A DNA stretch of 64,000 nt from Patescibacteria group bacterium. Lineage in GTDB: Bacteria > Patescibacteriota > Patescibacteriia > Patescibacteriales > UBA12465. How positions within the stretch are numbered: the stretch's first letter is position 1; every line of letters begins with the position of its first letter. The position numbers were made by a program, and so were the translations under genes. The notes under the pieces are model-generated. The model did no database searches, was not told where the DNA came from, and was given only the letters and a program-made list of their open reading frames with translations. The stretch covers positions 1,052 to 65,051 of the forward strand of contig JBAZBP010000002.1 of NCBI GenBank assembly GCA_041671365.1, written 5' to 3'. Of the stretch, positions 7,564 through 17,318 are shown one piece after another.

Positions 7564-9600
7564 ATGGTTAACATAAACTCTTCAATTATCGAGCTACACC
7601 GCGTTGGTAAAACTACCTCTACTCTTCTAAAAAAGCTGGGTCTCAACACTGTTCATGACCTGCTTTTTTATTTTCCCTTTCGTTATGACGATTTTTCCAA
7701 TCAAATAAAAATTGCCGAAATAAAAGCAAACACCACTGTTAATATTAGTGGCACGATTGAACTGATTCAAAACAAAAAAAGCGCCAGGCGACGAATGTTC
7801 GTGACCGAGGCGCTCATCAGCGATGACAGTGACTCGTTGAAAGTTATCTGGTTTAATCAACCATTTTTGACTAGAACTTATCACGTCGGCGATCAGATTT
7901 CTGTTTCCGGGCGAGTAAGTGAAAATTATGGACAGTTAACGATGATTTCACCGGTCAGTGAAAAAATTTATTCCCAGGAATTAATTCATACTAGCGGTTT
8001 AGTACCTAATTATCATTTAACCTCAAATTTAACTCAAAAACAAATTCGCTTTTTAGTTAAAGAGATAATCGCCTTGGCCGATCAAGAATCCGACTGGCTA
8101 CCGGCCGAAATAAAAATCCGCCTCAAACTTTTAGACTTAAAGATTGCGCTGCGCCAAATTCATTTTCCTAAAAATAACGCGGAAATTAGTGACGCCCAGA
8201 AACGCTTAGGCTTCACCGAATTGTTCTTACGCCAACTAAAAGCGCAAATGATTAAACGGGAATTAAAAACCAGGCGCTCGCTGCCGATTAAATTTCAAGA
8301 ATTAAAAACAAAAAAATTCGTCTCCTCCCTACCCTTTAAATTAACCGACGACCAGAAAAAATCCGCCTGGGAAATTTTACAAGACCTGACTAAAACGGAA
8401 CCCATGAGCCGATTACTAGAGGGTGATGTCGGTAGCGGTAAAACTTTAGTGGTAGTTCTGGCTCTGCTCAATGTCGCTTTGAATAAAAAACAAGCAGTGT
8501 TAATGGTACCCACCGAAATTTTAGCCCGACAACATTTTGACTCCATCTCTAAAATATTAAACGACTATAATTTTAGAATCTCCTTGTTAACTCACAGTCA
8601 TAAAGATCCGAACGCGACAAACGCCGATATTATTATCGGCACCCAGGCCTTAATTCAGGATAAAATTAAATTCGATAATCTGGCTTTGGCTGTGGTAGAC
8701 GAACAGCATCGTTTTGGCGTGAGCCAACGTCAAAAAATTATAGATTTTAACAGCGCTCTCGACCTCACTCCGCATTTCCTATCTTTAACGGCCACGCCAA
8801 TTCCTCGCTCTTTAGCCTTAACTATCTATGGCGATTTAGATCTGTCTATTATTAAGCAACAGCCGGTCGGCCGTCGACCGATTATCACAAAAATCATCAC
8901 CGAAAGTAAGCGCCAAGCCGCCTATAATTTTATTCGCTCTGAAATTAAAGCCGGGCGGCAAGCTTTTGTAATCTGTCCCCTGATCGATATTTCCGACCGA
9001 CTCGGCGTTAAGTCCGTTAAAGTTGAACATAAAAAATTAGATCAAGAAATTTTTCCGGAATTAAAAGTCGGCTTGCTGCATGGCCGATTAAAAGCGGCCG
9101 AAAAAGAACAGGTGATGGCTGATTTTCTCACCAATAAAATTCAAATTTTAGTAGCGACATCCGTTATCGAAGTCGGGGTGGATGTTCCTAATTCCACTAT
9201 TATGATTATCGAGGGGGCGGAACGCTTCGGCCTTGCTCAACTGCATCAATTCCGCGGACGCGTCGGACGCAGCGACCGACAATCTTATTGTTTTTTATTT
9301 CCCTCCAATGAAGAATTAAGCAACGAAAAAACTATTACCCGCCTTGAGGCTTTAACTAAATATAACAATGGTTTCGAACTCGCAAAAATTGATTTAAAAT
9401 TACGCGGTGCCGGGGAAATATATGGAACCGGGCAAAGCGGTTTCCCGGAACTACAAATTGCCTCATTGTTTGATTATGACTTAATTAAAAAAGCGCAAGC
9501 CGAAGCCAGCGCTCTAATTATTTCCGATCCAGAATTAAAAAAATATCCACTCTTAAAAGATAAACTGGGAGAATGGGAAAAAACTATTCATTTAGAATAA
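7564..9600 (+). CDS. recG: ATP-dependent DNA helicase RecG
   Basis: 678 aa with Walker A DVGSGKT, DEQHRFG, TATPIPRS and QLHQFRGRVGR, plus an N-terminal wedge-domain length. Confidence 0.93.
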   Translation: MVNINSSIIELHRVGKTTSTLLKKLGLNTVHDLLFYFPFRYDDFSNQIKIAEIKANTTVNISGTIELIQNKKSARRRMFVTEALISDDSDSLKVIWFNQPFLTRTYHVGDQISVSGRVSENYGQLTMISPVSEKIYSQELIHTSGLVPNYHLTSNLTQKQIRFLVKEIIALADQESDWLPAEIKIRLKLLDLKIALRQIHFPKNNAEISDAQKRLGFTELFLRQLKAQMIKRELKTRRSLPIKFQELKTKKFVSSLPFKLTDDQKKSAWEILQDLTKTEPMSRLLEGDVGSGKTLVVVLALLNVALNKKQAVLMVPTEILARQHFDSISKILNDYNFRISLLTHSHKDPNATNADIIIGTQALIQDKIKFDNLALAVVDEQHRFGVSQRQKIIDFNSALDLTPHFLSLTATPIPRSLALTIYGDLDLSIIKQQPVGRRPIITKIITESKRQAAYNFIRSEIKAGRQAFVICPLIDISDRLGVKSVKVEHKKLDQEIFPELKVGLLHGRLKAAEKEQVMADFLTNKIQILVATSVIEVGVDVPNSTIMIIEGAERFGLAQLHQFRGRVGRSDRQSYCFLFPSNEELSNEKTITRLEALTKYNNGFELAKIDLKLRGAGEIYGTGQSGFPELQIASLFDYDLIKKAQAEASALIISDPELKKYPLLKDKLGEWEKTIHLE

Positions 9601-9601
9601 A

Positions 9602-9643
9602 AAAGGAACTAAAATAACATTTTATTGTTATAGTAGTTCCTTT
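9602..9643. terminator. Hairpin between convergent recG and the 88-aa gene
   Basis: aaaggaacta / tagttccttt, a 10-bp stem with an AT-rich internal region. Confidence 0.5.
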
Positions 9644-9650
9644 ATCGGTA

Positions 9651-9917
9651 TTAATTCTTTGCGCCGCATATTTTGCGGAAAAGATTTTTGGTTATTCTGA
9701 GTCCATCTATGTAGACGTCTTTAAAAGACATTAACAATGATAGACATAAAAATAATACAAAATTCTCTCTTACCCAGATTAATAAAACTCCAGGGTTCGA
9801 ATCGTCGCCGGCAGCATATATCAGCAGAAATACCGCCCCGAGGAATAATATTCCCAGGGAAAGAGATGATACTATAAATATCACCGACAAATAGATTTTT
9901 CTTATGACCGTCATCAT
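9651..9917 (-). CDS. Small membrane protein, unknown function
   Basis: 88-aa ORF with two hydrophobic helices. Confidence 0.45.
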   Translation of the reverse strand: MMTVIRKIYLSVIFIVSSLSLGILFLGAVFLLIYAAGDDSNPGVLLIWVRENFVLFLCLSLLMSFKDVYIDGLRITKNLFRKICGAKN

Positions 9918-10266
9918 TACGAGTTTCCTTTTTTTGTTTAGTTTTTTTGATCTACTGTCATGTCTCTCGGCTTGTAAGCATTCCTAAAACATCAAAACAC
10001 ATCAAAAAACCTAAATTATTTTAAAATGAACTACTAAATTAGTATAGCACTTTTTATAATTACTGTCAATAGAACCGGGTAATTTGCATATACGTACGGC
10101 TATTTTTCACTAAAATATACGAAATTTACCTATTTATACACAAAATCACTATTGACTAAATTTAAAATATCCAGTAACATAAATTACGTAATTAACGACC
10201 ATTCTTTAATAAACGTATATTTAAGCACAAAAAAAATCGCTCTAAAAAAGAGCCAGGAGAAAAAAT

Positions 10267-10674
10267 ATGAGTAAAAATGGCGACTATTTAACCGCTTACT
10301 TCCTCGGAAAGGAAGTCAATGTCATCAACGGATATAAAAGTCCGTCTCGGGGGTTTATAGTTGAAATATTTAGCGATGAAGATGGGGATGAAAATAAAAA
10401 TATCCCCACGCAATCAGTGTCGGTTTGGAAGTTAAATCACGAAAATGCGACCAGCGCTGAAACTTTTTTTAAAAAAATCTTTGGTATCCCCTACGGGGCC
10501 GCCAAAAGATTCGACAAAAAAAAGGGGGTAAACACCAAATCAAAATTTTTGGTGGAAATAAAAAAAGATTATTTAGAGGAATTCTCTAAAATTGAGATTC
10601 CAAAAGGGGAACATATCCCCGAAGATGTTGTCTTATTTGCGATGGCCATATCTATAAATCATGGAGTCGCTTAG
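10267..10674 (+). CDS. Hypothetical protein
   Basis: 135-aa ORF preceded by aggaga 6 nt upstream of the ATG, with hairpins downstream. Confidence 0.55.
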   Translation: MSKNGDYLTAYFLGKEVNVINGYKSPSRGFIVEIFSDEDGDENKNIPTQSVSVWKLNHENATSAETFFKKIFGIPYGAAKRFDKKKGVNTKSKFLVEIKKDYLEEFSKIEIPKGEHIPEDVVLFAMAISINHGVA

Positions 10675-10717
10675 ATTTTAAAATGACCCACAAAATGGGT
10701 CGACTCACGCAAGAGGA

Positions 10718-10741
10718 AAGGCAGTTATAATGACTGCCTTT
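10718..10741. terminator. Hairpin between convergent genes (10267 ORF and radA)
   Basis: aaaggcagt-tataa-tgactgccttt followed by ttttt. Confidence 0.5.
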
Positions 10742-10742
10742 T

Positions 10743-12092
10743 TTATTTTATATATTCGACGATCTCACCCAAATTTTTAATTTTAATTAATTCCAGTTTA
10801 GAACTCTTTACCTCCATGTTAGGAATTAGGGCGGTTGTAAATCCGAGACGTTCGGCTTCGCGCAGTCGCTGTTCGATTTTAAAAACCGGCCGGACTTCCG
10901 CGCCTAAACCTACTTCCCCTAAAACTAAAGTGTGCCGATCAAAATTTTTATTGAGAAATGAAGAAATAATAGCCACGACCGCCGCCAAATCTAAAGCCGG
11001 ATCATTAATTTTTAAACCGCCCACGACATTTAAAATAATATCCTGAGCCATTAAATTTATTTTAGTCCGCTTGGAAATAACCGCACTTAAAACCTGTAAA
11101 CGATTAAGATCAAAGCCGCTGGCTTTGCGTTGCGGATAACCAAAAATAGTTTTTGTAACTAGTGCCTGCAAGTCCGCCAAAAACGGACGAGTTCCTTCCA
11201 GGACGCAGCCGATGACCGAACCGGAAATATTAGCCGCACCGCCCTCGACAAAAACTAAGCTCGGGTTTTTTACTTCTTTAAATCCGACGCCCGTCATTTC
11301 TAAAACCCCCAATTCATTAACCGATCCAAAACGATTTTTCGTCGCGCGGAGCAGGCAATAATTATTATTATTTTCATTTTCCAAATATAAAACCGTATCG
11401 ACAATATGTTCCAGGGATTTCGGTCCGGCTACGGTTCCGTCTTTAGTAATATGGCCGATTAAAAAAACCGCGATATTGTTTTCCTTGGCTAATTCTAAAA
11501 ATTTTACGGCTGCCGCCCGAATCTGAGAAATACTGCCGGCTTCAGCCGGAATTAAACTAGAATAAACCGTTTGAATAGAGTCGATAATTAAGATATTCGG
11601 CCGTAACTTAAAAGCCGAAGACACAATCTTTTCTACATTAGTTTCGGAAATAAATTTTAAATTATTAAGCCGGCAAGCAAGGCGATCAAGGCGCATTTTA
11701 ACCTGGAGCGCCGACTCTTCCCCGCTGACATAAATTGTCGCATATTTTTCTCCAACAGCGCTGGCAATCTGAGCCACTAAAGTCGATTTACCGATGCCCG
11801 GCTCACCGCTCAGTAAAATTAACGATCCGGGAACCAATCCGCCGCCCAGAACGCGATCAATTTCGCTGATATTAGTTTTCCAACGATTTAAAGCAGTCGC
11901 CGTAAGAGTTGCTAAATCAATTACATTAGCTCCGCCCAATTTTTTAGCCATTTCTTTTTTTTCTTCTTTATTATCTGTTACTTGCTCGGTCAAAGTTCCC
12001 CAGGAACCGCACTCCAAACAACGCCCACTCCATTTCGGAGATTGGGCGTCACAGTTAGAACAAACAAAAATTGTTTTAATACTGCTGGACAT
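10743..12092 (-). CDS. radA: DNA repair protein RadA/Sms
   Basis: 449 aa with an N-terminal zinc finger CSNCDAQSPKWSGRCLECGSWGT, Walker A GEPGIGKST, a KNRFG motif and a Lon-like C-terminus. Confidence 0.93.
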   Translation of the reverse strand: MSSSIKTIFVCSNCDAQSPKWSGRCLECGSWGTLTEQVTDNKEEKKEMAKKLGGANVIDLATLTATALNRWKTNISEIDRVLGGGLVPGSLILLSGEPGIGKSTLVAQIASAVGEKYATIYVSGEESALQVKMRLDRLACRLNNLKFISETNVEKIVSSAFKLRPNILIIDSIQTVYSSLIPAEAGSISQIRAAAVKFLELAKENNIAVFLIGHITKDGTVAGPKSLEHIVDTVLYLENENNNNYCLLRATKNRFGSVNELGVLEMTGVGFKEVKNPSLVFVEGGAANISGSVIGCVLEGTRPFLADLQALVTKTIFGYPQRKASGFDLNRLQVLSAVISKRTKINLMAQDIILNVVGGLKINDPALDLAAVVAIISSFLNKNFDRHTLVLGEVGLGAEVRPVFKIEQRLREAERLGFTTALIPNMEVKSSKLELIKIKNLGEIVEYIK

Positions 12093-12101
12093 TAGATAAT
12101 T

Positions 12102-12713
12102 TTATTTTTCCCAATAAACTTCGTTTATCAGCCACTCGCCGTTTACTTTTAAGAAATTTAAATCCATTTTTTGGTTATAAACTTTTTGACTGACCTGCTC
12201 GGTACGCTGAGTAGTAACGATTATTTGCGCCTGACCGCTTTTATCATCGAAACTATTAACCGCATAAACTAAAGCCCGTGTCGTTATCCCGTAAAAAACG
12301 CCCTCATTTTTATACTGCTTGGTTAGCTGGGTAACATAAGTATCGGCCCAGGTTTTAAGACTGGCGGTCATTCGTATTTTTAAGTCCGTAATGTTATCGT
12401 ATCCGGACTGATTAGAAAAAGAACCGAAGCGCTCGCTGAAGGCCATGGCAATTTTTCCTAAGTCATCGGCCGTAGTTACGTGCGGTGCTTCTTTGGAAAG
12501 ATCATATGTCTGCCGGTTGCGCGGCTTATCACCCGGCGTTGTCGTACCAACTGTCGGCTCGGACGGCAATTGCGCCGTAGTGGTCGCTAAAGGAGCGGCT
12601 GGTTCAGGAATAGCGGCCATTTTTCTAAACCAAACTAAGTAAATAATCAAAATAATTAAAATCAATCCGCTGGCAATAATCAAAATTCCAATATTTTTAC
12701 GATTAGTTAGCAT
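12102..12713 (-). CDS. Bitopic membrane protein, putative VirB8-like (NTF2-like) T4SS component
   Basis: 203 aa with a single N-terminal TM, a Pro/Thr linker and a C-terminal domain ending LNFLKVNGEWLINEVYWEK. The assignment rests on topology, size and position next to virB4 only. Confidence 0.5.
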   Translation of the reverse strand: MLTNRKNIGILIIASGLILIILIIYLVWFRKMAAIPEPAAPLATTTAQLPSEPTVGTTTPGDKPRNRQTYDLSKEAPHVTTADDLGKIAMAFSERFGSFSNQSGYDNITDLKIRMTASLKTWADTYVTQLTKQYKNEGVFYGITTRALVYAVNSFDDKSGQAQIIVTTQRTEQVSQKVYNQKMDLNFLKVNGEWLINEVYWEK

Positions 12714-12735
12714 ATATTTAATTATGAACTATTAA

Positions 12736-14634
12736 TTAAGTCAAAGGTTCGGCTTGCTGACTCGCGTCAAACTCTTTTTTCGCTTCCTCCAGTTCCAAAA
12801 GCTGACGCGGATCAGAAGTAATAAGTTGATCTTCGGTATAAGAAGCTACTACCTTCATGGCCACGTGTTTATTGCCGGCGAAAAAAATTCCTTCTCCGAC
12901 GCCGCATTCCAAAAGTAAATATTTTTCTCCTTCAGTTAATAAAAAGGTTTTTTGAATTAAATCAATCGAAGCCGTCGACTGTTTTAAAAGAATTTGTAAC
13001 GATGAATTAGTAACTATCGCTTGTCCGTAGGGTGAAGTTAAAAAATCGTTAACGTCTTGCGTGATAGTTGTTACTCCTAAATAATACTTACGGCAACGTT
13101 TAACCAGGGCAAAAATAAATTTGGCGCTATCCTCGTGTTGCATCATCCACCAGGCCTCATCAATTACTAAAATCCTTTTTTTCATTTCACTTCGAACGAC
13201 GTTCCAGATATAATTAACAATCGTATAAATAGCAATCGGCCGCAACTCATCTTCCAGGTCGCGGACCGAAAAACATACTAACTGATTGCTCATTTCCACA
13301 TTACTCTGATTATTCAACAATCCGGCAAAGGTTCCTTCCGTATATTTACGCAAACGCAAAGATAGATCCGCCCCCCCTTCCATTCCTTCGAGAATTTGCT
13401 GTAAATCCGACATGACCGGCGCTTCAATTTTCGATAAATCAGAATCGGGAGTAATATCTTTTTTAGCATAAGTTTCCAGCAGCGCCCGATCAACAATCGA
13501 ATCCTCGTCATAGCTTAAAGTCCCCAGCATTAACCGAACCAGACCCTTTAAAGTAATAACCGCGCTCCTGATAATATCTTTCGGTTTAGATTCGCCGCCA
13601 ATCGAACGCGGCAAATCGAAGGGATTAATTTTATTTTCGGAAGATAGAGAAATATTAATATAAGTGCCGCCGACCGCTTCGGCCAGATGCTTATATTCAT
13701 ATTCCGGATCAATAATAATAACGTCCGTCCCGAGCATGAGCGAACGCAGAACTTCCAGCTTAATCGCGTAACTTTTGCCGGCGCCGGAAGTCGCGAAAAC
13801 TACCGAATTGGCGTTCTGAAGACTGAAACGGTCAAACAAAATCAAACTATTGTTGTGGCGGTTGATTCCGTATAAAATTCCCCGATCGCTGGTCAGTTCG
13901 CTGGAAATAAAAGGAAAAGAAGAAGCAATCGGCGAAGAATTCATATTAAAAGTAATATAAAGCTCGTCGTCGCCCAAAGGCAAAGTTGAATTAAAACCCT
14001 GTTCCGCCTGATAATAAACTCGGCGGGAATAAACCAAGCGCGAACCGAAAATATCTTCCATTTGGTCGGACAAACGATCTAGATTCTCTTGGTTATTCGC
14101 ATATAAAGTAACATACAGGGCAAATTGAAAAAATTTTTCCGTCCCCTGCGTCAAAGCGTCACGCAGATATTCGATATCGCGCAAAGCGGTTTCTCTAAGC
14201 GGGTCGCGCGCCGCTCCTTTTTCGGCGTCAGAAACAATTTGCGCTTCCAAAGCACCGACTTTGTTTTTTAACTGTTTTAAAATTATGGCGCTTTTCACCG
14301 GGTAAAAAAACATGGAAACATCAAAAGTCACGTTCAAATTAATAACCGGCGCAAACCAGCCAACCGAAATATAACGCGGATAACTAATGACAAAAATCGT
14401 TCGTAAAAATTGATTTCCTAAATGTAAAAAATTAGATTCTATTTTTAGGCTGGCCGGAGCAATAATGTCGCGGACCGACAAAACCCCCCGGCGAAAAGCC
14501 TTCTCCTCCTCGATTATTTCCCGCGTTAAATTCGGATCGGCTTCAATCGGCGGCTGTCCGGACTGGGAGCCGAAAGTAACCGGGGTATTAAGAGAAATTT
14601 TTTTCGTTTGTTCTGGTTTATTAAAATCTATCAT
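12736..14634 (-). CDS. virB4: VirB4/TrbE-family type IV secretion ATPase
   Basis: 632 aa with Walker A FATSGAGKSY and Walker B RILVIDEAWWMM (the DEAW signature typical of VirB4). Confidence 0.88.
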   Translation of the reverse strand: MIDFNKPEQTKKISLNTPVTFGSQSGQPPIEADPNLTREIIEEEKAFRRGVLSVRDIIAPASLKIESNFLHLGNQFLRTIFVISYPRYISVGWFAPVINLNVTFDVSMFFYPVKSAIILKQLKNKVGALEAQIVSDAEKGAARDPLRETALRDIEYLRDALTQGTEKFFQFALYVTLYANNQENLDRLSDQMEDIFGSRLVYSRRVYYQAEQGFNSTLPLGDDELYITFNMNSSPIASSFPFISSELTSDRGILYGINRHNNSLILFDRFSLQNANSVVFATSGAGKSYAIKLEVLRSLMLGTDVIIIDPEYEYKHLAEAVGGTYINISLSSENKINPFDLPRSIGGESKPKDIIRSAVITLKGLVRLMLGTLSYDEDSIVDRALLETYAKKDITPDSDLSKIEAPVMSDLQQILEGMEGGADLSLRLRKYTEGTFAGLLNNQSNVEMSNQLVCFSVRDLEDELRPIAIYTIVNYIWNVVRSEMKKRILVIDEAWWMMQHEDSAKFIFALVKRCRKYYLGVTTITQDVNDFLTSPYGQAIVTNSSLQILLKQSTASIDLIQKTFLLTEGEKYLLLECGVGEGIFFAGNKHVAMKVVASYTEDQLITSDPRQLLELEEAKKEFDASQQAEPLT

Positions 14635-14635
14635 A

Positions 14636-15316
14636 TTATTTTTCTACTCTAATTTTATCCAAATCGACCAATTCCTGATTTTTAGAGGTCTCCGGATTAT
14701 AGGTTTTATAATACAGCTCGATTAAACTTTGCGAGTCTAAACGCGCCACGGCCACCCCCATAGACTCTAAGCCTCCGGACACGCTTTCGATCCGACGATC
14801 CAACATTTCCTGATAATTTTTAAAAGTCTTATCTTTCAAGCGAATAATCGTCGCCGGTTTTAACGCCTCACTGATCAAACTAAAAAATCCTTTATGCTTA
14901 TCAGTCATCGGATCGTACGGCACAACCACGTAAAAACGCTTATTCATAATCTTCCCTAACGAAGTCAACTCCTTAATGTATTCCATGTAATCAGCCGTTT
15001 GGACTTTTAATAATTTATTGGTCTGTTCTTTTTCCCGCTCTTTAAGATACTCCAGATAGTTTTCAATATCCAGTTCGCGCGACTGAATCACTATTTGAAT
15101 AGTAAAGCCGATATTGTTTAAAAAACGAATATAGGAATCGATAACCGCGTTTTGTTCGTCCTCGCTTTTTAAAGAAAAGTTAATGCTAGAAACCAGCAGC
15201 ACGGCCCGAAGCGTGCCGTCTTTCATAATTACCGTATCGTCTTTAATCTCCGCAATAGTTAAATATTGCTGGGTATTGCTGGTTATTTTATTTTTATTTA
15301 AACTTTTTCCGGACAT
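14636..15316 (-). CDS. T4SS-associated hypothetical protein
   Basis: 226-aa ORF lying 1 nt from the virB4 start on the same strand. No motif recognised. Confidence 0.6.
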   Translation of the reverse strand: MSGKSLNKNKITSNTQQYLTIAEIKDDTVIMKDGTLRAVLLVSSINFSLKSEDEQNAVIDSYIRFLNNIGFTIQIVIQSRELDIENYLEYLKEREKEQTNKLLKVQTADYMEYIKELTSLGKIMNKRFYVVVPYDPMTDKHKGFFSLISEALKPATIIRLKDKTFKNYQEMLDRRIESVSGGLESMGVAVARLDSQSLIELYYKTYNPETSKNQELVDLDKIRVEK

Positions 15317-15325
15317 ATATTATAT

Positions 15326-15757
15326 TTATTCTCCTTGATACTTTCCCTTAGTGTCGACAATTAAAGCTAATTCGGCTAATCGAGACCTTTTAAAAACTTT
15401 AGGCGGCAGAACCGACGACTTAAAGTTATCAACCGATACTTTTTCCTCTTCACCTTCCGAAGATCCCTGATGATGCCAAACTCTTAAATTCGGGCGACGC
15501 CAGGTTTGAACAGCATTTAAAACAAAAAAATGAAACGGGCGGCCGTTAATTTTAACAAAGGCAAAAAGCACCATGACAACGAAAACTATTATTGTAATCG
15601 TTATAAATAAAGAAAAATCAACCAATTTGTAACTGATACCGCAAATAATCGCTCCGACCAAAAAAATCATAAATTGCCGCGTCGTAATCGGACCGATAAT
15701 TTGATTTTCAACATCAATAAATTGAGGAACTGTAAATTGTTGCATATAATCACCCAA
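15326..15757 (-). CDS. PrgI-family (VirB3-like) membrane protein
   Basis: 143 aa. The N-terminal QQFTVPQFIDVENQIIGPITTRQFMIFLVGAIICG pattern and two TMs match the PrgI/VirB3-like family as I remember it. Confidence 0.7.
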   Translation of the reverse strand: MGDYMQQFTVPQFIDVENQIIGPITTRQFMIFLVGAIICGISYKLVDFSLFITITIIVFVVMVLFAFVKINGRPFHFFVLNAVQTWRRPNLRVWHHQGSSEGEEEKVSVDNFKSSVLPPKVFKRSRLAELALIVDTKGKYQGE

Positions 15758-15772
15758 AAAATACGTTAAAAA

Positions 15773-17308
15773 TTAAAAAACTAATTTACTGTTTAAACTG
15801 ACTAACGCCTCCACTTCTTCCAAACTTAAACATTCCTGCCCGGCGGCTTGGCGTAAAACAATATAATCTTTTAAAAACAAACCTTTATTTAAAGCCCCTT
15901 GGCCCAAGCTTAAATATAAACGATTAACCGGGCTTTGCCGCCAAGCCAAAACGCCTGCCACCATTTTATCATAACCGTCTTTTTCCAACAATTTAATTTT
16001 CAATAATATCTTGGCCGTCATTTCCGCGGGGGTTTTACCCAGCCGTCGAAAATTAACTAAATCCAAAAATTTTAATTCCTCGATCGGTCCCATGACTTTA
16101 GGGACCGCTTTAATATCGTGCATTTGCGGACGAGCCGGCGACGACGGCGGTGTCGGGCGAGCAGCCGACGGCCTGGGACGCGGGGCCGGCGGCAAAGGTG
16201 CCGGCGGAATAATTTTAGGCGCGGACGATAGTGGTTTTAATATAGGAGGAGTCGTCTTGGCGGTCGGAGAAAATTGTCGAGGAGAGGACGAAACTGATTT
16301 AGATGAAGTTAAAGACGATTGTGATACAGGTGAAACAGGTTTGGCCGGTTTTCTCTTAAATATGTTTAATCTAGACCAAAAACCGGCTGGCCGAGAGAGG
16401 GTTGGCGCCGATTTAAGAGCGGCAGCGGGAATTGGAGGTTTTAAAGGAGCCAAAGATGACTTAGCGACGGTTGTCGTAGCCGTTTTCGTTATTAAAGGAA
16501 TCTTGTTCGCCGGCGGTGTAACCGATAAAACCACGGAAGATTTCAATGACGCCTTTGCTTCCGGTAAGTCTTGCGGCTGGTCCGGTGAAATTCTTAATAC
16601 CGATTTTACTGCCGGCAAGTCCAACTGTTTATCCGGAGCCGATATTTCCAGCTTTTTAATTTGACCGCTGTCAATCGCTTTTTTCAAATCATATTCCGGC
16701 ACAGCTTTAACGACTAATTTTTCTGTCGGGATCTCCAGTTTTGCTTGGCTGATAAAACTGCCGACCAACCCTTGATCCGCGCCGGAAAACTTGCGGCTGT
16801 CGCAGATTTTCAAAAGCCGCTCGATTTCCGCTTCACTTAAATTTAAACCGCCGACTTTAACGTTTTTCGCCAGAGTATTGCGCGTATCTATTTTATTTCT
16901 CACTCCCTTCAAATAAATTCCGATAATATTTTTAAAACGACCGACTAAAGCCGAACTAGGCAGAATTATTCCCGCCTCTTTAATCAACAAGTTAATATTT
17001 TTATCTAAATCCAACTCTTTTATTTCCGCGCTCAATCCCAGATAATCGGCCACGGAAAAAAATATTTTTTGTTTTAACTCTTGCGTTAAATTTTCCGCCG
17101 CCGCCGGAGTTAAGCCCTGCTCACCAATAAAATAAGCCGGCAAATTTTTTACCGTTAAGCCCTTGATCATTACTTTCATGACCGTCATCGCCAAATCGAC
17201 CCGATATTTTTTTTCCAGTTCGGAAATTGCAGCCATCACGGACGGCGAAGAAACCTTGGCTCGTAAGTCTGCGGGCAGACTATTAAATTTTTGCAGGTAA
17301 TCGAACAT
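15773..17308 (-). CDS. Pro/Ser-rich protein with a conserved N-terminal domain paralogous to the upstream gene
   Basis: The track ORF starts at 17389, but that overlaps the upstream gene by 71 nt. The internal ATG at 17308 gives MFDYLQKFNSLPADLRAKV..., which aligns with the start of the 358-aa paralog. Confidence 0.7.
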   Translation of the reverse strand: MFDYLQKFNSLPADLRAKVSSPSVMAAISELEKKYRVDLAMTVMKVMIKGLTVKNLPAYFIGEQGLTPAAAENLTQELKQKIFFSVADYLGLSAEIKELDLDKNINLLIKEAGIILPSSALVGRFKNIIGIYLKGVRNKIDTRNTLAKNVKVGGLNLSEAEIERLLKICDSRKFSGADQGLVGSFISQAKLEIPTEKLVVKAVPEYDLKKAIDSGQIKKLEISAPDKQLDLPAVKSVLRISPDQPQDLPEAKASLKSSVVLSVTPPANKIPLITKTATTTVAKSSLAPLKPPIPAAALKSAPTLSRPAGFWSRLNIFKRKPAKPVSPVSQSSLTSSKSVSSSPRQFSPTAKTTPPILKPLSSAPKIIPPAPLPPAPRPRPSAARPTPPSSPARPQMHDIKAVPKVMGPIEELKFLDLVNFRRLGKTPAEMTAKILLKIKLLEKDGYDKMVAGVLAWRQSPVNRLYLSLGQGALNKGLFLKDYIVLRQAAGQECLSLEEVEALVSLNSKLVF

Positions 17309-17318
17309 GACTAATTTT

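Noticed and set aside
16011-16664. 217-aa Gly-rich ORF on the plus strand
   Set aside because: It is the antisense mirror of the Pro/Ser/Ala-rich tract of the minus-strand gene 15773..17308. The low-complexity GC-rich codons keep the opposite frame open, and there is no independent support.
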